A DNA stretch of 64,000 nucleotides from an uncultured Candidatus Rokubacteria bacterium (GTDB lineage: Bacteria > Methylomirabilota > Methylomirabilia > Rokubacteriales > CSP1-6): the NCBI GenBank assembly GCA_963789955.1, contig CAWBMV010000036.1:152142-216141 (forward strand), in the 5' to 3' direction. The notes beneath the pieces were generated by a model. It ran no database searches. It was not told the origin of the DNA and worked only from the letters and a program-made list of their open reading frames with translations. Shown here piece by piece: positions 55,396 through 64,000 of the stretch. Position numbers and translations under genes: made by a program. Within the stretch, counting starts at the first letter, position 1; each line of letters begins with the position of its first letter.

Positions 55396-56533
55396 GGATC
55401 GTCGCCGCGTACTTCTCGAGATAGTGCGTGATCGTCTCGACCCGGATCTTCACCGAGCCGGAGGGCTTGGTCGAGTCGAGATCCTGGAACGAGAAGAAGA
55501 GCGTGCCCGAGCGCTCGACGATCTGCTGCACGGGCGTGTAGGTCGGCTGATCCATGCCGCACTCGTAGGACGACATCCGGACGACGCAGGCGATCCACGG
55601 GATGCGCGCGGCAACCTTGGCGCCCCAGAGGATCTCGTTGGTGTTCGAGCTGTAGGACGACGGCCACACGTCGCGGATGTCGAACGCGGACTTGATGTGG
55701 CCGGCGCGGACGTCCTCGCCGAACGCCCAGTCCATCAGGTCGGCGTCGATCGGGAAGTACTGCATCCAGAGGATCGGGTAGCCGTAGGCCTGCAGGTCCA
55801 CCTCGATCTCGTGCCCGATCCCCGGATCCATGTGGTAGGGCCGGGCGATCACCATCAGACACGCGCGGTCCTCGCGCGCGCACCACTCGAGCACCTCGCG
55901 CGACTTCTTCCGGAGCCGATCGCTGAAGTCACGGAGCGCCTTGAAGCCGGCGTCAGCGGCCTTCGCGGTCTCCTCATAGGTGAGCCCGGGCAACGCCTCG
56001 CGCATCCCGTTGAAGAGCTGCTTGGGCACCAGCAGCGGCTCGTCGAGCGAGACGAACGGGGACACGTACTTGATCCCGGCTTCCGCGAAGGCGTCCTGCT
56101 CCTTGATGAATCCGGCCTTGATGTTCTCGGGTGCCGCCATCACGCGCGGGCAGGTGAGCGTCTTGGCCACGTGGCCGGAGAGGAACGACGGCAGGTTGTA
56201 GATCATCGGCGAGAGCAAGATGTCGAGCTTCTGCTTCTGGCCGAACACGAGCTCGCCGTAGTGGCCCGACATGCACTTCACCGGGTAGCAGCAATCGACG
56301 GTGCCCCGGCCCTTGCCGAACTGCCGGCCCTGCTCCTCGGAGGTGTCCGACGAGAAGACGACGTTGCGCGGATCCACGCCGAGCGAGGAGAGGAACCCCA
56401 TCCAGAACTGATGGGTGTTCCAGAGATTCAGGACCCGCGGAATGCCGATCCGGAGCTTATTCCGCGACGGATGGGGCGTTGACCCGGCGGAACGCGTCCT
56501 TCCGAACCATCTCGGCAACGTTAGGGTACTCAC
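55340..56533 (-). CDS. DUF2229/acyl-CoA dehydratase activase-related domain (probably the C-terminus of the upstream activase)
   Basis: KLRIGIPRVLN, DCCYPVK, TCPRV, RPYH.DPGIGHEI and SSYECGMD; lacks a convincing start of its own. Confidence 0.8.
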   Translation of the reverse strand: MSTLTLPRWFGRTRSAGSTPHPSRNKLRIGIPRVLNLWNTHQFWMGFLSSLGVDPRNVVFSSDTSEEQGRQFGKGRGTVDCCYPVKCMSGHYGELVFGQKQKLDILLSPMIYNLPSFLSGHVAKTLTCPRVMAAPENIKAGFIKEQDAFAEAGIKYVSPFVSLDEPLLVPKQLFNGMREALPGLTYEETAKAADAGFKALRDFSDRLRKKSREVLEWCAREDRACLMVIARPYHMDPGIGHEIEVDLQAYGYPILWMQYFPIDADLMDWAFGEDVRAGHIKSAFDIRDVWPSSYSSNTNEILWGAKVAARIPWIACVVRMSSYECGMDQPTYTPVQQIVERSGTLFFSFQDLDSTKPSGSVKIRVETITHYLEKYAATILNRKKAAMPPGCPLLPKA

Positions 56534-58631
56534 GCTTGACCTCCTCGAGCTTCGCCTTGACCACGCGCATCTCGTTGACGTCCTCGACCAGCCCCTTGGG
56601 GCACGAATTGCCGCTGATGACCCGCTCCCAGCCCGGCGCCAGCGGCAGCTTGCTCCACGCGCGGCCCTTGGCGTCGGGCAGCTGGACGTCGATGAACGTC
56701 CGTGTGCAGTTGATCGGGCACCACTTGCAGACGGTCTGCGCGGTGGTCGTGCTGGTGTAAGTCAGCGCGGCGATCGTGTCGAAGCCGCGGAAGTGCGACG
56801 GCTCGCCGCGCTTTTTCCAGTCGCCCGCGCAGAGCGCCGCGCCGATCGCGCCGGCCTCGCCGGAATACGGATGCAGCACCACCTCGGCGTCCGGCACCTT
56901 GCCGCGGATGAAGTCGACCTGCGCCTTGACCACGGCCATGTTGCGGTGCGTGCCGCCCTGGAGGATGAACTTGCGTCCGGCCGCGCGGAGGTTCTGGAGC
57001 TGGCCGGCGTAGATCCACACGTTGACCGGCAGCACGGCGGCGAGCGCGGCCATGATCTCCTCGGCCGACCAGCCCTTGCGCTGCTGGTTGACGATGTCCG
57101 ACTGCAGAAACACGCCGCAGCCCATCGTGAGGCTCGGCATCGCCTTGGCCTCGAAGGCACGGTCGGCGTAGGCCTCGAGCGGGATGTTGTAGCGCTCGGC
57201 CACGCCCTGCAGGAAGGCGCCGTTGCCCGACGAGCACTGCGAGTTCAGGCGAAAGTCGGCGACGGTGCCCTGGCGCAGGATCATGATCTTGACGTCGGTG
57301 CCCCCGACGTCGCAGATCACGTCGGCGTCGGGATAGAAATGAAGCGAGGCGGTCGCGTGGGCCACCGTCTCGACCACGCCCATGTCGGCGCCGAGCACGT
57401 CCTTCAGGAGATCCTTGCCGTACCCGGTGAGGGCGAGCGCGCCCACGTCGGTGTAGCCGGCCTCGCGCACCTGGCGGAACAGCGACTGGGCGTCCTCGAT
57501 CGGGTTGCCCTTGCTGAGCGCGTAGCAGGAGAACAAGAGCTCACGATCGTCGTTGAGGACGACCGCCTTCGCGGTGGTCGAGCCGAAGTCGCAGCCGAGC
57601 AGCACCGAGCCCACGTAGCGCGGGCTCGCGGTGTCACAGGTTCCGCCGGCGGCGGGCTTCACGTACTCGGTCACGAACGTGGCGAGATCGCCGGCGCCGG
57701 CGACCAGACCGCGGGCGCCGTCCTTGGCCTTCTGCTCGTGCTGCCCCGTCTCGACCCACCACGCGAGCTTCTCGCGGCCTTGATAGATCGCGACCTCGGG
57801 CTTTTCGGCGCCGCCGATCTCGACGCACCCCAGGCACGCGTAGTAGAGCGCCTCGACCGGCACCACGATGAGTGAGGCCGGCTCGCGGCCGCCCAGATCG
57901 AGCTTGCGCTGCGCCCAGAGCTTGGCGAGGTGATGCCGCCACGCTTCCTGCAACCCCTTGAAGAAGAGGTTGGGACCGCCGAGCAGGAGCACTTCGGGCG
58001 ACGGCGTGTTGCCCTTGGTCAACGTCGCGAGATTTTGGTAGACGACCGCCTCGAACAGGCTCGCGATGATCTCCTCGACGGGCACGCCGGTCTTCACCAG
58101 GGTGTTCGCGTCGGTCTCGGCGAAGATGCCGCACTTGCTCGAGACCTTGTGGAGACTCATGCCCTCGTAGGGCAGGGAGGCCAATTGCTCGCCGGACACC
58201 TGCAGCTTGCGCGCGGTCTTCTCGATGAAAGTCCCGGTGCCGCCGCTGCAGGCCGACTGCATGTAGACCTGCTTGGAGCGCCCGGTTCCGGTGGCGGTGA
58301 AGAAGATCGTCTTCATGTCCTCGCCACCGATCTCCGAGACGAACCGTACGTCCGGATGCTGCTTCTCGACGCACGCCGCGACGGCGACGACTTCCTGGAT
58401 GAGCTTGCCGCCAACGAGCGGCGAGATGAATCCGGCACCCGAGCCCGTGAAGAAGACGCGATCCGTGCCGACCGTCAGGCCGGCCTCGGCCTCCATCCGG
58501 CCGAGGAACTCGACGACCTTCTCGGCCTGGCGGGTGTTGTGTCGCTGATAGTCCTGCCACGTGACCTTGCCGTCGTGCGTAACGACCGCCTTGACGGTGG
58601 TGGAGCCGACGTCGACGCCGGCGAGCTTCAT
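56457..58631 (-). CDS. Tandem BadF/BadG/BcrA/BcrD (CoA-substrate activase) ATPase domains, PlsA/Ger-like
   Basis: GVDVGSTTVK...CSGGTGTFIEK...KCGIFAETD, then GCDFGSTTAK...QCSSGNGAFL...GCGVFLQSD; CKWCPINC...GNSCPKG linker. Confidence 0.88.
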   Translation of the reverse strand: MKLAGVDVGSTTVKAVVTHDGKVTWQDYQRHNTRQAEKVVEFLGRMEAEAGLTVGTDRVFFTGSGAGFISPLVGGKLIQEVVAVAACVEKQHPDVRFVSEIGGEDMKTIFFTATGTGRSKQVYMQSACSGGTGTFIEKTARKLQVSGEQLASLPYEGMSLHKVSSKCGIFAETDANTLVKTGVPVEEIIASLFEAVVYQNLATLTKGNTPSPEVLLLGGPNLFFKGLQEAWRHHLAKLWAQRKLDLGGREPASLIVVPVEALYYACLGCVEIGGAEKPEVAIYQGREKLAWWVETGQHEQKAKDGARGLVAGAGDLATFVTEYVKPAAGGTCDTASPRYVGSVLLGCDFGSTTAKAVVLNDDRELLFSCYALSKGNPIEDAQSLFRQVREAGYTDVGALALTGYGKDLLKDVLGADMGVVETVAHATASLHFYPDADVICDVGGTDVKIMILRQGTVADFRLNSQCSSGNGAFLQGVAERYNIPLEAYADRAFEAKAMPSLTMGCGVFLQSDIVNQQRKGWSAEEIMAALAAVLPVNVWIYAGQLQNLRAAGRKFILQGGTHRNMAVVKAQVDFIRGKVPDAEVVLHPYSGEAGAIGAALCAGDWKKRGEPSHFRGFDTIAALTYTSTTTAQTVCKWCPINCTRTFIDVQLPDAKGRAWSKLPLAPGWERVISGNSCPKGLVEDVNEMRVVKAKLEEVKREYPNVAEMVRKDAFRRVNAPSVAE

Positions 58632-58692
58632 GATGAAGCTGGGGGGGCCTGGACCCCCCCAGACCCCCCGATCGCGTTGCGCCCGAACGCCC

Positions 58693-60204
58693 TCATGACG
58701 TTCCCATCCGTTTCGCGACGTGGAGGACCGTCTTGGCCGCGGTGCCGGCGGCGGTGCCGTCGTGCGGGATCAGGTAGGTCGCCTTCCTCATCTCGGGATG
58801 CGCCTGCAGATAGGCGCGGACCTCGGCCTCGGTGAGCCCGGTGCGCTGCAGGGCCTCGTCGTACTCGCGCTGCGCGCGCTTCTTGGCCTCGGTGAGGATC
58901 ATCTGGCAGCGGGAGAGCGCGTGAACCTCGGCGTCGCCCTTGATCTCGAGCGGCGCGTAGAGGATCTCGGGATACTTGCCGATGACGCCGGCCATGGCGC
59001 CGATCGACATCGTGTTCGGCATGCACGAGTAGGGCGAGAGCTCGCAGATCATGTGCGTCTTCTTCTTGTGATACGACCAGAGCGTCTTGCCGACGAGCAT
59101 GTCACCTTCGCCGCCGTCGAGATTGCGGTGGAAGTACGGCGCGGCCAGCCGCCGCAGCTCGAACTGGCTCGGCGTCTCGTGCGGCAGGTTACCCATCGCG
59201 CGGCGCAGCCGGTTGACGGTCAGGCGGTAGATGCCCTGGGCCAGACGCCCCAGGCCGAGCTTCAGGCGCGCGTGCTTCTCGATGCCGCTGTAGTCCTCGA
59301 AGCGCTGCAGGCCCAGGCGCAGCAGGTAGTCCATCCAGATCGTGATGGCGGCCGGGTAGACCTCGGCGCCTTCGGATTCGAGCCAGCGGTGGATGTTGTA
59401 GTTGGGATCGCCCTCGACCGTCTGCAGATAGAACTCGCCGGTGATCTTGACCTTCGGCTTCACGCGCAGCCGGTCGACCTCGATCTCGGCGAACTTCTTT
59501 CGCACCTCGCGCATCGCGCGCGAGAAGTACGGTGTCGTGAGGTGCCAGAGCACCGACTTCTTCGGCGACAATGCCGGGCGCTTGCGGAAGACCTCGTAGA
59601 GATACTCGATGCTTTCCCTGACGACCGCCTCGGTCTGGCCCGGCAGCACCTCGTACGGGCGCACCTGATACTCGAGATCCTGCACGAGGTCGGTGCAGAA
59701 GATGCCCCACAGGCACCCGAGCGTCATCGGCAGGTTGAGATCGAGACCGTCACCCATGTTCTGGTCCAGGTTGTCCTGGGCCATCAAGAACATGCGGAAG
59801 CGCTCGAGCCCGGTGTTCCGGAGCGCGAGCTCGTAGCTTGCGTGATATTGCCCGAAGCGGCAGGCGCCGCAGGAGCCGGCGGTGAGGTAGACGTACTTCT
59901 TGTTGACCTCCTCGACGCCGATCTGCTTCGACTCCTTCTTGAGGAAGTTGACCAGGTTGCCGGTGGTGAAGCTGGTCGGGCAGCACTGGCCGATGTCGGC
60001 CGTCTCCCGTCCGGTCAGCAGATCCTCTTTCGTCGCGACCGGCAAGATCTGGGCGCGGTAGCCGCTGCCCTCGAGCACGGCCTGGAGGATCCGTTCGATG
60101 CGCCAGTGCAGACCCCCGAACAGAATCGTCGTGGAGTCGCGCTCGGCGCGGGTGAAGGGTCGGGGTGCATACGCCCGGTAATGATCAGTCGCTACGGTCG
60201 CCAT
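58693..60204 (-). CDS. 2-hydroxyacyl-CoA dehydratase (HGD-D)-like Fe-S protein, PlsR-like
   Basis: GQCCPTSFTTGNL, GSCGACRFGQY, KITGEFY, GGEG and PYSCMPN. Confidence 0.82.
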   Translation of the reverse strand: MATVATDHYRAYAPRPFTRAERDSTTILFGGLHWRIERILQAVLEGSGYRAQILPVATKEDLLTGRETADIGQCCPTSFTTGNLVNFLKKESKQIGVEEVNKKYVYLTAGSCGACRFGQYHASYELALRNTGLERFRMFLMAQDNLDQNMGDGLDLNLPMTLGCLWGIFCTDLVQDLEYQVRPYEVLPGQTEAVVRESIEYLYEVFRKRPALSPKKSVLWHLTTPYFSRAMREVRKKFAEIEVDRLRVKPKVKITGEFYLQTVEGDPNYNIHRWLESEGAEVYPAAITIWMDYLLRLGLQRFEDYSGIEKHARLKLGLGRLAQGIYRLTVNRLRRAMGNLPHETPSQFELRRLAAPYFHRNLDGGEGDMLVGKTLWSYHKKKTHMICELSPYSCMPNTMSIGAMAGVIGKYPEILYAPLEIKGDAEVHALSRCQMILTEAKKRAQREYDEALQRTGLTEAEVRAYLQAHPEMRKATYLIPHDGTAAGTAAKTVLHVAKRMGTS

Positions 60205-61005
60205 TCAGTCCTCCGTTGCGAAACGATCCAGCCAGCTTCCTAGCAATCCTACCGTTGCAAAGCCCGGTAGTCTGCGGATTGTGTCGTCGGCCTTACCGGC
60301 GGCGGCGCGCCCCCGTGGATCCGAGAAGAGGTAGCTCGCCATGAAGCGAAGCTCGCGCTGCGGCTGAACCCCGCTGCCCACGGGCGCCCAGAAGCGGTCG
60401 ACCAGGTAGCGGGTGACCCGGGCGCCCGCCGGCCGCCGCAACCGGATCTCGGCCTGATGATAGTAGAAGAAGAAGTGCCGCGACTCGTCGCGGGTGATGC
60501 GCTCGAGCAGCGCCGACAGCACCGGGTGCCCCGCCATCACCGCCAGGCGGCGGTAGCCGGTGAGCGTCGTCAGCTCGTTGATCGCGCCCCAGGTCATGTG
60601 GACGGCGCAGAAGTCGGGCCACGCCCTGGACAGGAGCGCGGTCACGCGGGTCTCCAGCCACTGGGCGGGGCTCTCGTGGCCGTGCGGCGTCGGTCGCGGG
60701 CCTACGGGATGGCCGGCGGCGGCCAGGAAGCGCTCGAGCGCCAGCCCGTGGAAGCTCTCTTCGTAGACCCAGCACGCCAGAAACCGCGCGACGTCGGGGT
60801 CGTCGATCGCGCGGGTCGCCAGGAGCGATCGGAGATAGACGATCGTGTGGCTCTCGATGTCCTGCATGTACTTCAGCGTACGGATCGCCTCGGCCGGCAG
60901 CGGGTGCCGCGGGACGTCCGCCCAGTCGATTCCGCGCAGATCCAGAGCGCCGGAACGCTCGAGATACGCGTCGATGTCGAACCCGGCCGTTCCAGTGGTG
61001 CTCAT
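60205..61005 (-). CDS. Ferritin-like diiron-carboxylate protein (acyl-ACP desaturase/AurF-like fold)
   Basis: DIESHT, WVYEESFHG, WGAINELTT and RDESRHF ligand motifs. Confidence 0.75.
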   Translation of the reverse strand: MSTTGTAGFDIDAYLERSGALDLRGIDWADVPRHPLPAEAIRTLKYMQDIESHTIVYLRSLLATRAIDDPDVARFLACWVYEESFHGLALERFLAAAGHPVGPRPTPHGHESPAQWLETRVTALLSRAWPDFCAVHMTWGAINELTTLTGYRRLAVMAGHPVLSALLERITRDESRHFFFYYHQAEIRLRRPAGARVTRYLVDRFWAPVGSGVQPQRELRFMASYLFSDPRGRAAAGKADDTIRRLPGFATVGLLGSWLDRFATED

Positions 61006-61059
61006 TGTCCCACCACCAGACACTACGTCCGGCCACTGCTGCCCGGATCGCGAGCGTGC

Positions 61060-61635
61060 TCACCCGGCCTTGTGGAGCTTCTGTCTCAAGCTCTCGACCT
61101 GCTGGTGAAAGGGCTGCCCGCCGCGATCGGTCATCGGTGTCTTGTCGGCCAGACCGGTGTGGAGCTCGACGAACAGCGGGCCCTCGTCGGTGAGCATCGA
61201 CGGGAGACGGCGCTTGAAGTCCTCGAAATCGCTGACGGCGTACGCCTTGCGATAGCCCGCGCCTTTCGCCATCTGCACGAAGTCGACGGTCAGACCGCCG
61301 GGAATATCCTGGGAACCGGAGGTGTGGTAGACGCCGTTCTTGAAGAGAAGATGAGTGAGATTGCGCGGCGCGGCGCCGGCGATCGTAGCCAGCGAGCCGA
61401 GCTGCATCAGGAGCGACCCGTCGCCGTCGAAGACGACCACCCGGCGGTCCGGCACCGAGAGCGCCAACCCGAGGCCGAGCGACGAGGCGCCGCCCATGAA
61501 GCCGACGCAGCCGATGGAGAGATCGTCAGGGGCGAGCGTGCGCCAGGCCGGAGACGTCGTCATCGTCGGCACGCAGATCGCGTTACCGCGCGCGGCGGCG
61601 ATCGCTTTGAGGATGTCTTCGGGCTTGATGGCCAT
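61060..61635 (-). CDS. TPP-dependent decarboxylase beta subunit (ComE/phosphonopyruvate decarboxylase-like)
   Basis: MGGASSLGLG and DGDGSLLMQLGSL...NG TPP-binding motif. Confidence 0.82.
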   Translation of the reverse strand: MAIKPEDILKAIAAARGNAICVPTMTTSPAWRTLAPDDLSIGCVGFMGGASSLGLGLALSVPDRRVVVFDGDGSLLMQLGSLATIAGAAPRNLTHLLFKNGVYHTSGSQDIPGGLTVDFVQMAKGAGYRKAYAVSDFEDFKRRLPSMLTDEGPLFVELHTGLADKTPMTDRGGQPFHQQVESLRQKLHKAG

Positions 61636-62172
61636 CTAGCTGGTCTCCAGACCGACGAGCACCGCCGTCGGGCCGCGCCGCTCGCGGCTCAGCCGATAGT
61701 ACTCGGGAATCAGGTGCACGTCGTTGGGACCTTCGAGGCGCGCGTGCGGGACGCTGAACGTGTCGAGCAGCGGCTCGGCGAAGCGCACCATCGAGTGCCG
61801 CGACTCTTTCGGATCGCGGTCGCGCTCGCGCTGCAGCAGGCCGATCATGTAGAACATCGGCACGCGCCCGTCCATTGCGACGCCGCGCAAGGTGTTCACG
61901 GACGCGTACAACCCGGCGTGCTGGATCATGAGCACGACCGGCTCGCCGCCGATCCAGAGGCCGGCGCCGATCGCGTTGGCCTCGTCTTCCGTCGCGCACG
62001 TGACCACGCGCAGCGCGCGCTCCTTGTCGAGCGCGGCGAGCACGGTCTTCTGATGCGTGTCGGGGACGCTGAGAATCCAGCCGAGAGGCTCACGCGTGCT
62101 GCCGCCGCGCGCTTCACGAAACGTGTCCTTGAGCGTGTCGATGATCAACGGGGCAGGAATCGATTCCGGCAT
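61636..62172 (-). CDS. TPP-dependent decarboxylase alpha subunit (ComD-like)
   Basis: SVPDT and EDEANAIGAGLWIGG...MIQHAG....N. Confidence 0.78.
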   Translation of the reverse strand: MPESIPAPLIIDTLKDTFREARGGSTREPLGWILSVPDTHQKTVLAALDKERALRVVTCATEDEANAIGAGLWIGGEPVVLMIQHAGLYASVNTLRGVAMDGRVPMFYMIGLLQRERDRDPKESRHSMVRFAEPLLDTFSVPHARLEGPNDVHLIPEYYRLSRERRGPTAVLVGLETS

Positions 62173-62234
62173 CCGGGCCTCCCGTGAGAAGATCGACTTA
62201 TCCTACGCTAATCAGCATGCAGAAAGGATCCCCG

Positions 62235-62909
62235 ATGTTCAAATCCCTCGCGGTCTCTTTCGCCCTCCTCCTGGCCGCCGTGGCCGTTGCCGGCGCCGCC
62301 GGCCCCGAGCTGAAGTCCGATGAACAGAAAACCCTCTACGCCCTGGGGCTCGTGATCAGCCAGAACCTCGCCAGCTTCAATCTGAACGCGTCCGATCTCG
62401 AATCGGTGCTGGCGGGCGTGAGCGACGGAGTCCTCAAGAAGGATTACAAAGTCGACGTGCAGACGTATGCGCCGAAGATCCAGCAGCTACAAACCGCGCG
62501 CGCGGGCGTAGCAGCGGCGAGCGAGAAGAAGGTGGGCCAGGCCTTCCTCGACAAGGCCGCAGCCGAGAAAGGTGCGACGCGGACGGCGTCGGGCCTCATC
62601 ATCACGACCTTGAAGCCGGGGACCGGACCGTCGCCGAAGGCGACCGACAAGGTGAAGGTCCACTATCACGGTACCCTCACCGACGGCACCGTGTTCGATA
62701 GCTCTGTCCAGCGCGGTGAGCCCATCGTCCTGCCGCTCAACAGCGTGATCAAGTGCTGGAGCGAGGGCGTGCAGCTCATGAAGGTCGGCGGCAAGAGCAA
62801 GCTCGTCTGCCCGTCGGATATCGCGTACGGTGACCAGGGCCGGCCGCCCGCGATCAAGCCCGGCGCCACGCTCGTCTTCGAGGTGGAGCTGCTCGAGATC
62901 GCCAAGTAG
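62235..62909 (+). CDS. FKBP-type peptidyl-prolyl isomerase (FkpA/Mip-like)
   Basis: Signal peptide, YALG, TASGL, VKVHYHGTLTDGTVFDSS and TLVFEVELL. Confidence 0.93.
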   Translation: MFKSLAVSFALLLAAVAVAGAAGPELKSDEQKTLYALGLVISQNLASFNLNASDLESVLAGVSDGVLKKDYKVDVQTYAPKIQQLQTARAGVAAASEKKVGQAFLDKAAAEKGATRTASGLIITTLKPGTGPSPKATDKVKVHYHGTLTDGTVFDSSVQRGEPIVLPLNSVIKCWSEGVQLMKVGGKSKLVCPSDIAYGDQGRPPAIKPGATLVFEVELLEIAK

Positions 62910-62935
62910 CAGCGTTCTCGCGGCACCCCGCGGCG

Positions 62936-63994
62936 TCAGGACTGCGCGATGCCGCCGCGGGGCGCTCCCGGCTCGATGGTGCCCCACAGCACGTCGAAGC
63001 CGGGCGGGAGCGCTCGGCTGTTCGGCATCGAGAGCCAGAGCCGGTAGAGCAATCGATCCTGGCCGGCCGACTCGTCGTCCTCGAAGGCCGTTCGCGCGTG
63101 GTACGTGACGTGGTTATTCAGCAGCTGGATGTCGCCCGGACGTAGCTCCATCTCGAAGCACAGCTCCTCGGCGACGTCAGCCAGGAGATTCAGCGCCTCG
63201 TCCTGCGCCGGCGTCATTCGCGGGATCTCGGTGATGCGCTGGGCCGCCTCGACGAACGTCCGCGAGTACTGGCTCGTGAATCGCCCGTCGCGAACGCCGA
63301 AGACCGGAAGCGCGTACCAGCGGCGGTCGCCGCCGCGCTCCTCACCCTCGCGAGTCCGGTAGTAATCCTGATGGAGGAGCGTGTGCAGATCGGGCCGGCG
63401 CTCCAGGATCGCGTTGTTGATCGCCACGGAGCTGACGATCTTGCTCACGCCGCCGGCCCGCGCTTGACGCACGCAGAGCAGGCCGACCACGTCCGCGCGA
63501 TCGGTGTGGAAGCGTAGCGGCCCGCTCGAGCGCGCCTTGTAGCGCGAGGTCACCGGCACGCCGTCCTTCTGCGCGACGCCGGGCTGATCGACGGCGCCGT
63601 ACACACGGAGCTCGTCGCGCACCTCGCCGATCAGCTCGCCGTGCGCGTTCTGGTAGCGCGCGACACCCAGATGGGTCCCGATGCCCCAGTAGAGCTGGCG
63701 AAGCTCGTCCTCGCTGTAGCGCGCGACAGGCAGGCCGCGCAGGAGCGCGAGCCCGCGGCCGTGCTCGAGCTCGTGGGCGATCGCGGCGAGCTCGGCGCCG
63801 AATCCGGGAAGCGGGAAGTCGGCGCGCGTGATGTCGCGCCAGGCCAGGCCGCGAGCTTTGACACGGCTCAGCGCCGCGTCGAGCTCCGCGATCGCGGCGG
63901 CGGAGATCGGACGGATCCAGTCGGTCGATTTCGCCAGGTCGCTTCCGTGCCAGGCGGCGGGTCCGGTGATCGGCCGCGCGGTGATCGTGCTCAT
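62936..63994 (-). CDS. TauD/TfdA-family Fe(II)/2-oxoglutarate dioxygenase
   Basis: FHTDRADVVGLLC, GDIQLLNNH...HARTAF and RLLYRLWL. Confidence 0.88.
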   Translation of the reverse strand: MSTITARPITGPAAWHGSDLAKSTDWIRPISAAAIAELDAALSRVKARGLAWRDITRADFPLPGFGAELAAIAHELEHGRGLALLRGLPVARYSEDELRQLYWGIGTHLGVARYQNAHGELIGEVRDELRVYGAVDQPGVAQKDGVPVTSRYKARSSGPLRFHTDRADVVGLLCVRQARAGGVSKIVSSVAINNAILERRPDLHTLLHQDYYRTREGEERGGDRRWYALPVFGVRDGRFTSQYSRTFVEAAQRITEIPRMTPAQDEALNLLADVAEELCFEMELRPGDIQLLNNHVTYHARTAFEDDESAGQDRLLYRLWLSMPNSRALPPGFDVLWGTIEPGAPRGGIAQS

Positions 63995-64000
63995 AGCCTA

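Noticed and set aside
1402..56533. About 17 frameshifted genes as pseudogenes or programmed frameshifts
   Set aside because: Motifs are intact on both sides, there are no accumulated nonsense codons, and the indels are scattered across unrelated genes. Long-read consensus error is the simplest explanation; reads are needed to confirm.
1..64000. CRISPR array, tRNA (including tRNA-Sec), rRNA, IS/integrase, prophage or defence genes
   Set aside because: No regularly spaced repeats, cloverleaf or recognisable motifs seen by eye. A covariance-model scan was not possible.

Overview
High-GC bacterial chromosomal window of about 55 CDSs. Gene content resembles Candidatus Rokubacteria/Methylomirabilota, but that is inference only. 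I recognised no rRNA, tRNA, CRISPR array or transposase. About 17 otherwise intact genes carry frameshifts, most simply explained as long-read indel errors. The content is mainly catabolic: four luciferase-like monooxygenases, three acyl-CoA synthetases, MFS/ABC/TRAP transporters, a GH31 + GH127 pentose cluster, a sigma-54-controlled sulfatase block, and a PlsA/Ger-like CoA-activase cluster. Main observations: (1) a MerB-like lyase ORF (7238-7873) has an in-frame TGA at the second catalytic Cys position, followed 11 nt later by an E. coli fdhF-type SECIS hairpin, so it is a probable selenoprotein that the ORF track truncates; (2) a PlsA/Ger-type reductase cluster abuts a ferritin-like diiron gene; (3) a duplicated ~130-bp sigma-54 promoter/enhancer module flanks its own activator; (4) an ATTACC-N5-GGTAAT operator occurs twice; (5) a LacI-type operator sits over the promoter of an amino-acid ABC transporter divergent from GH127; (6) several genes appear leaderless.
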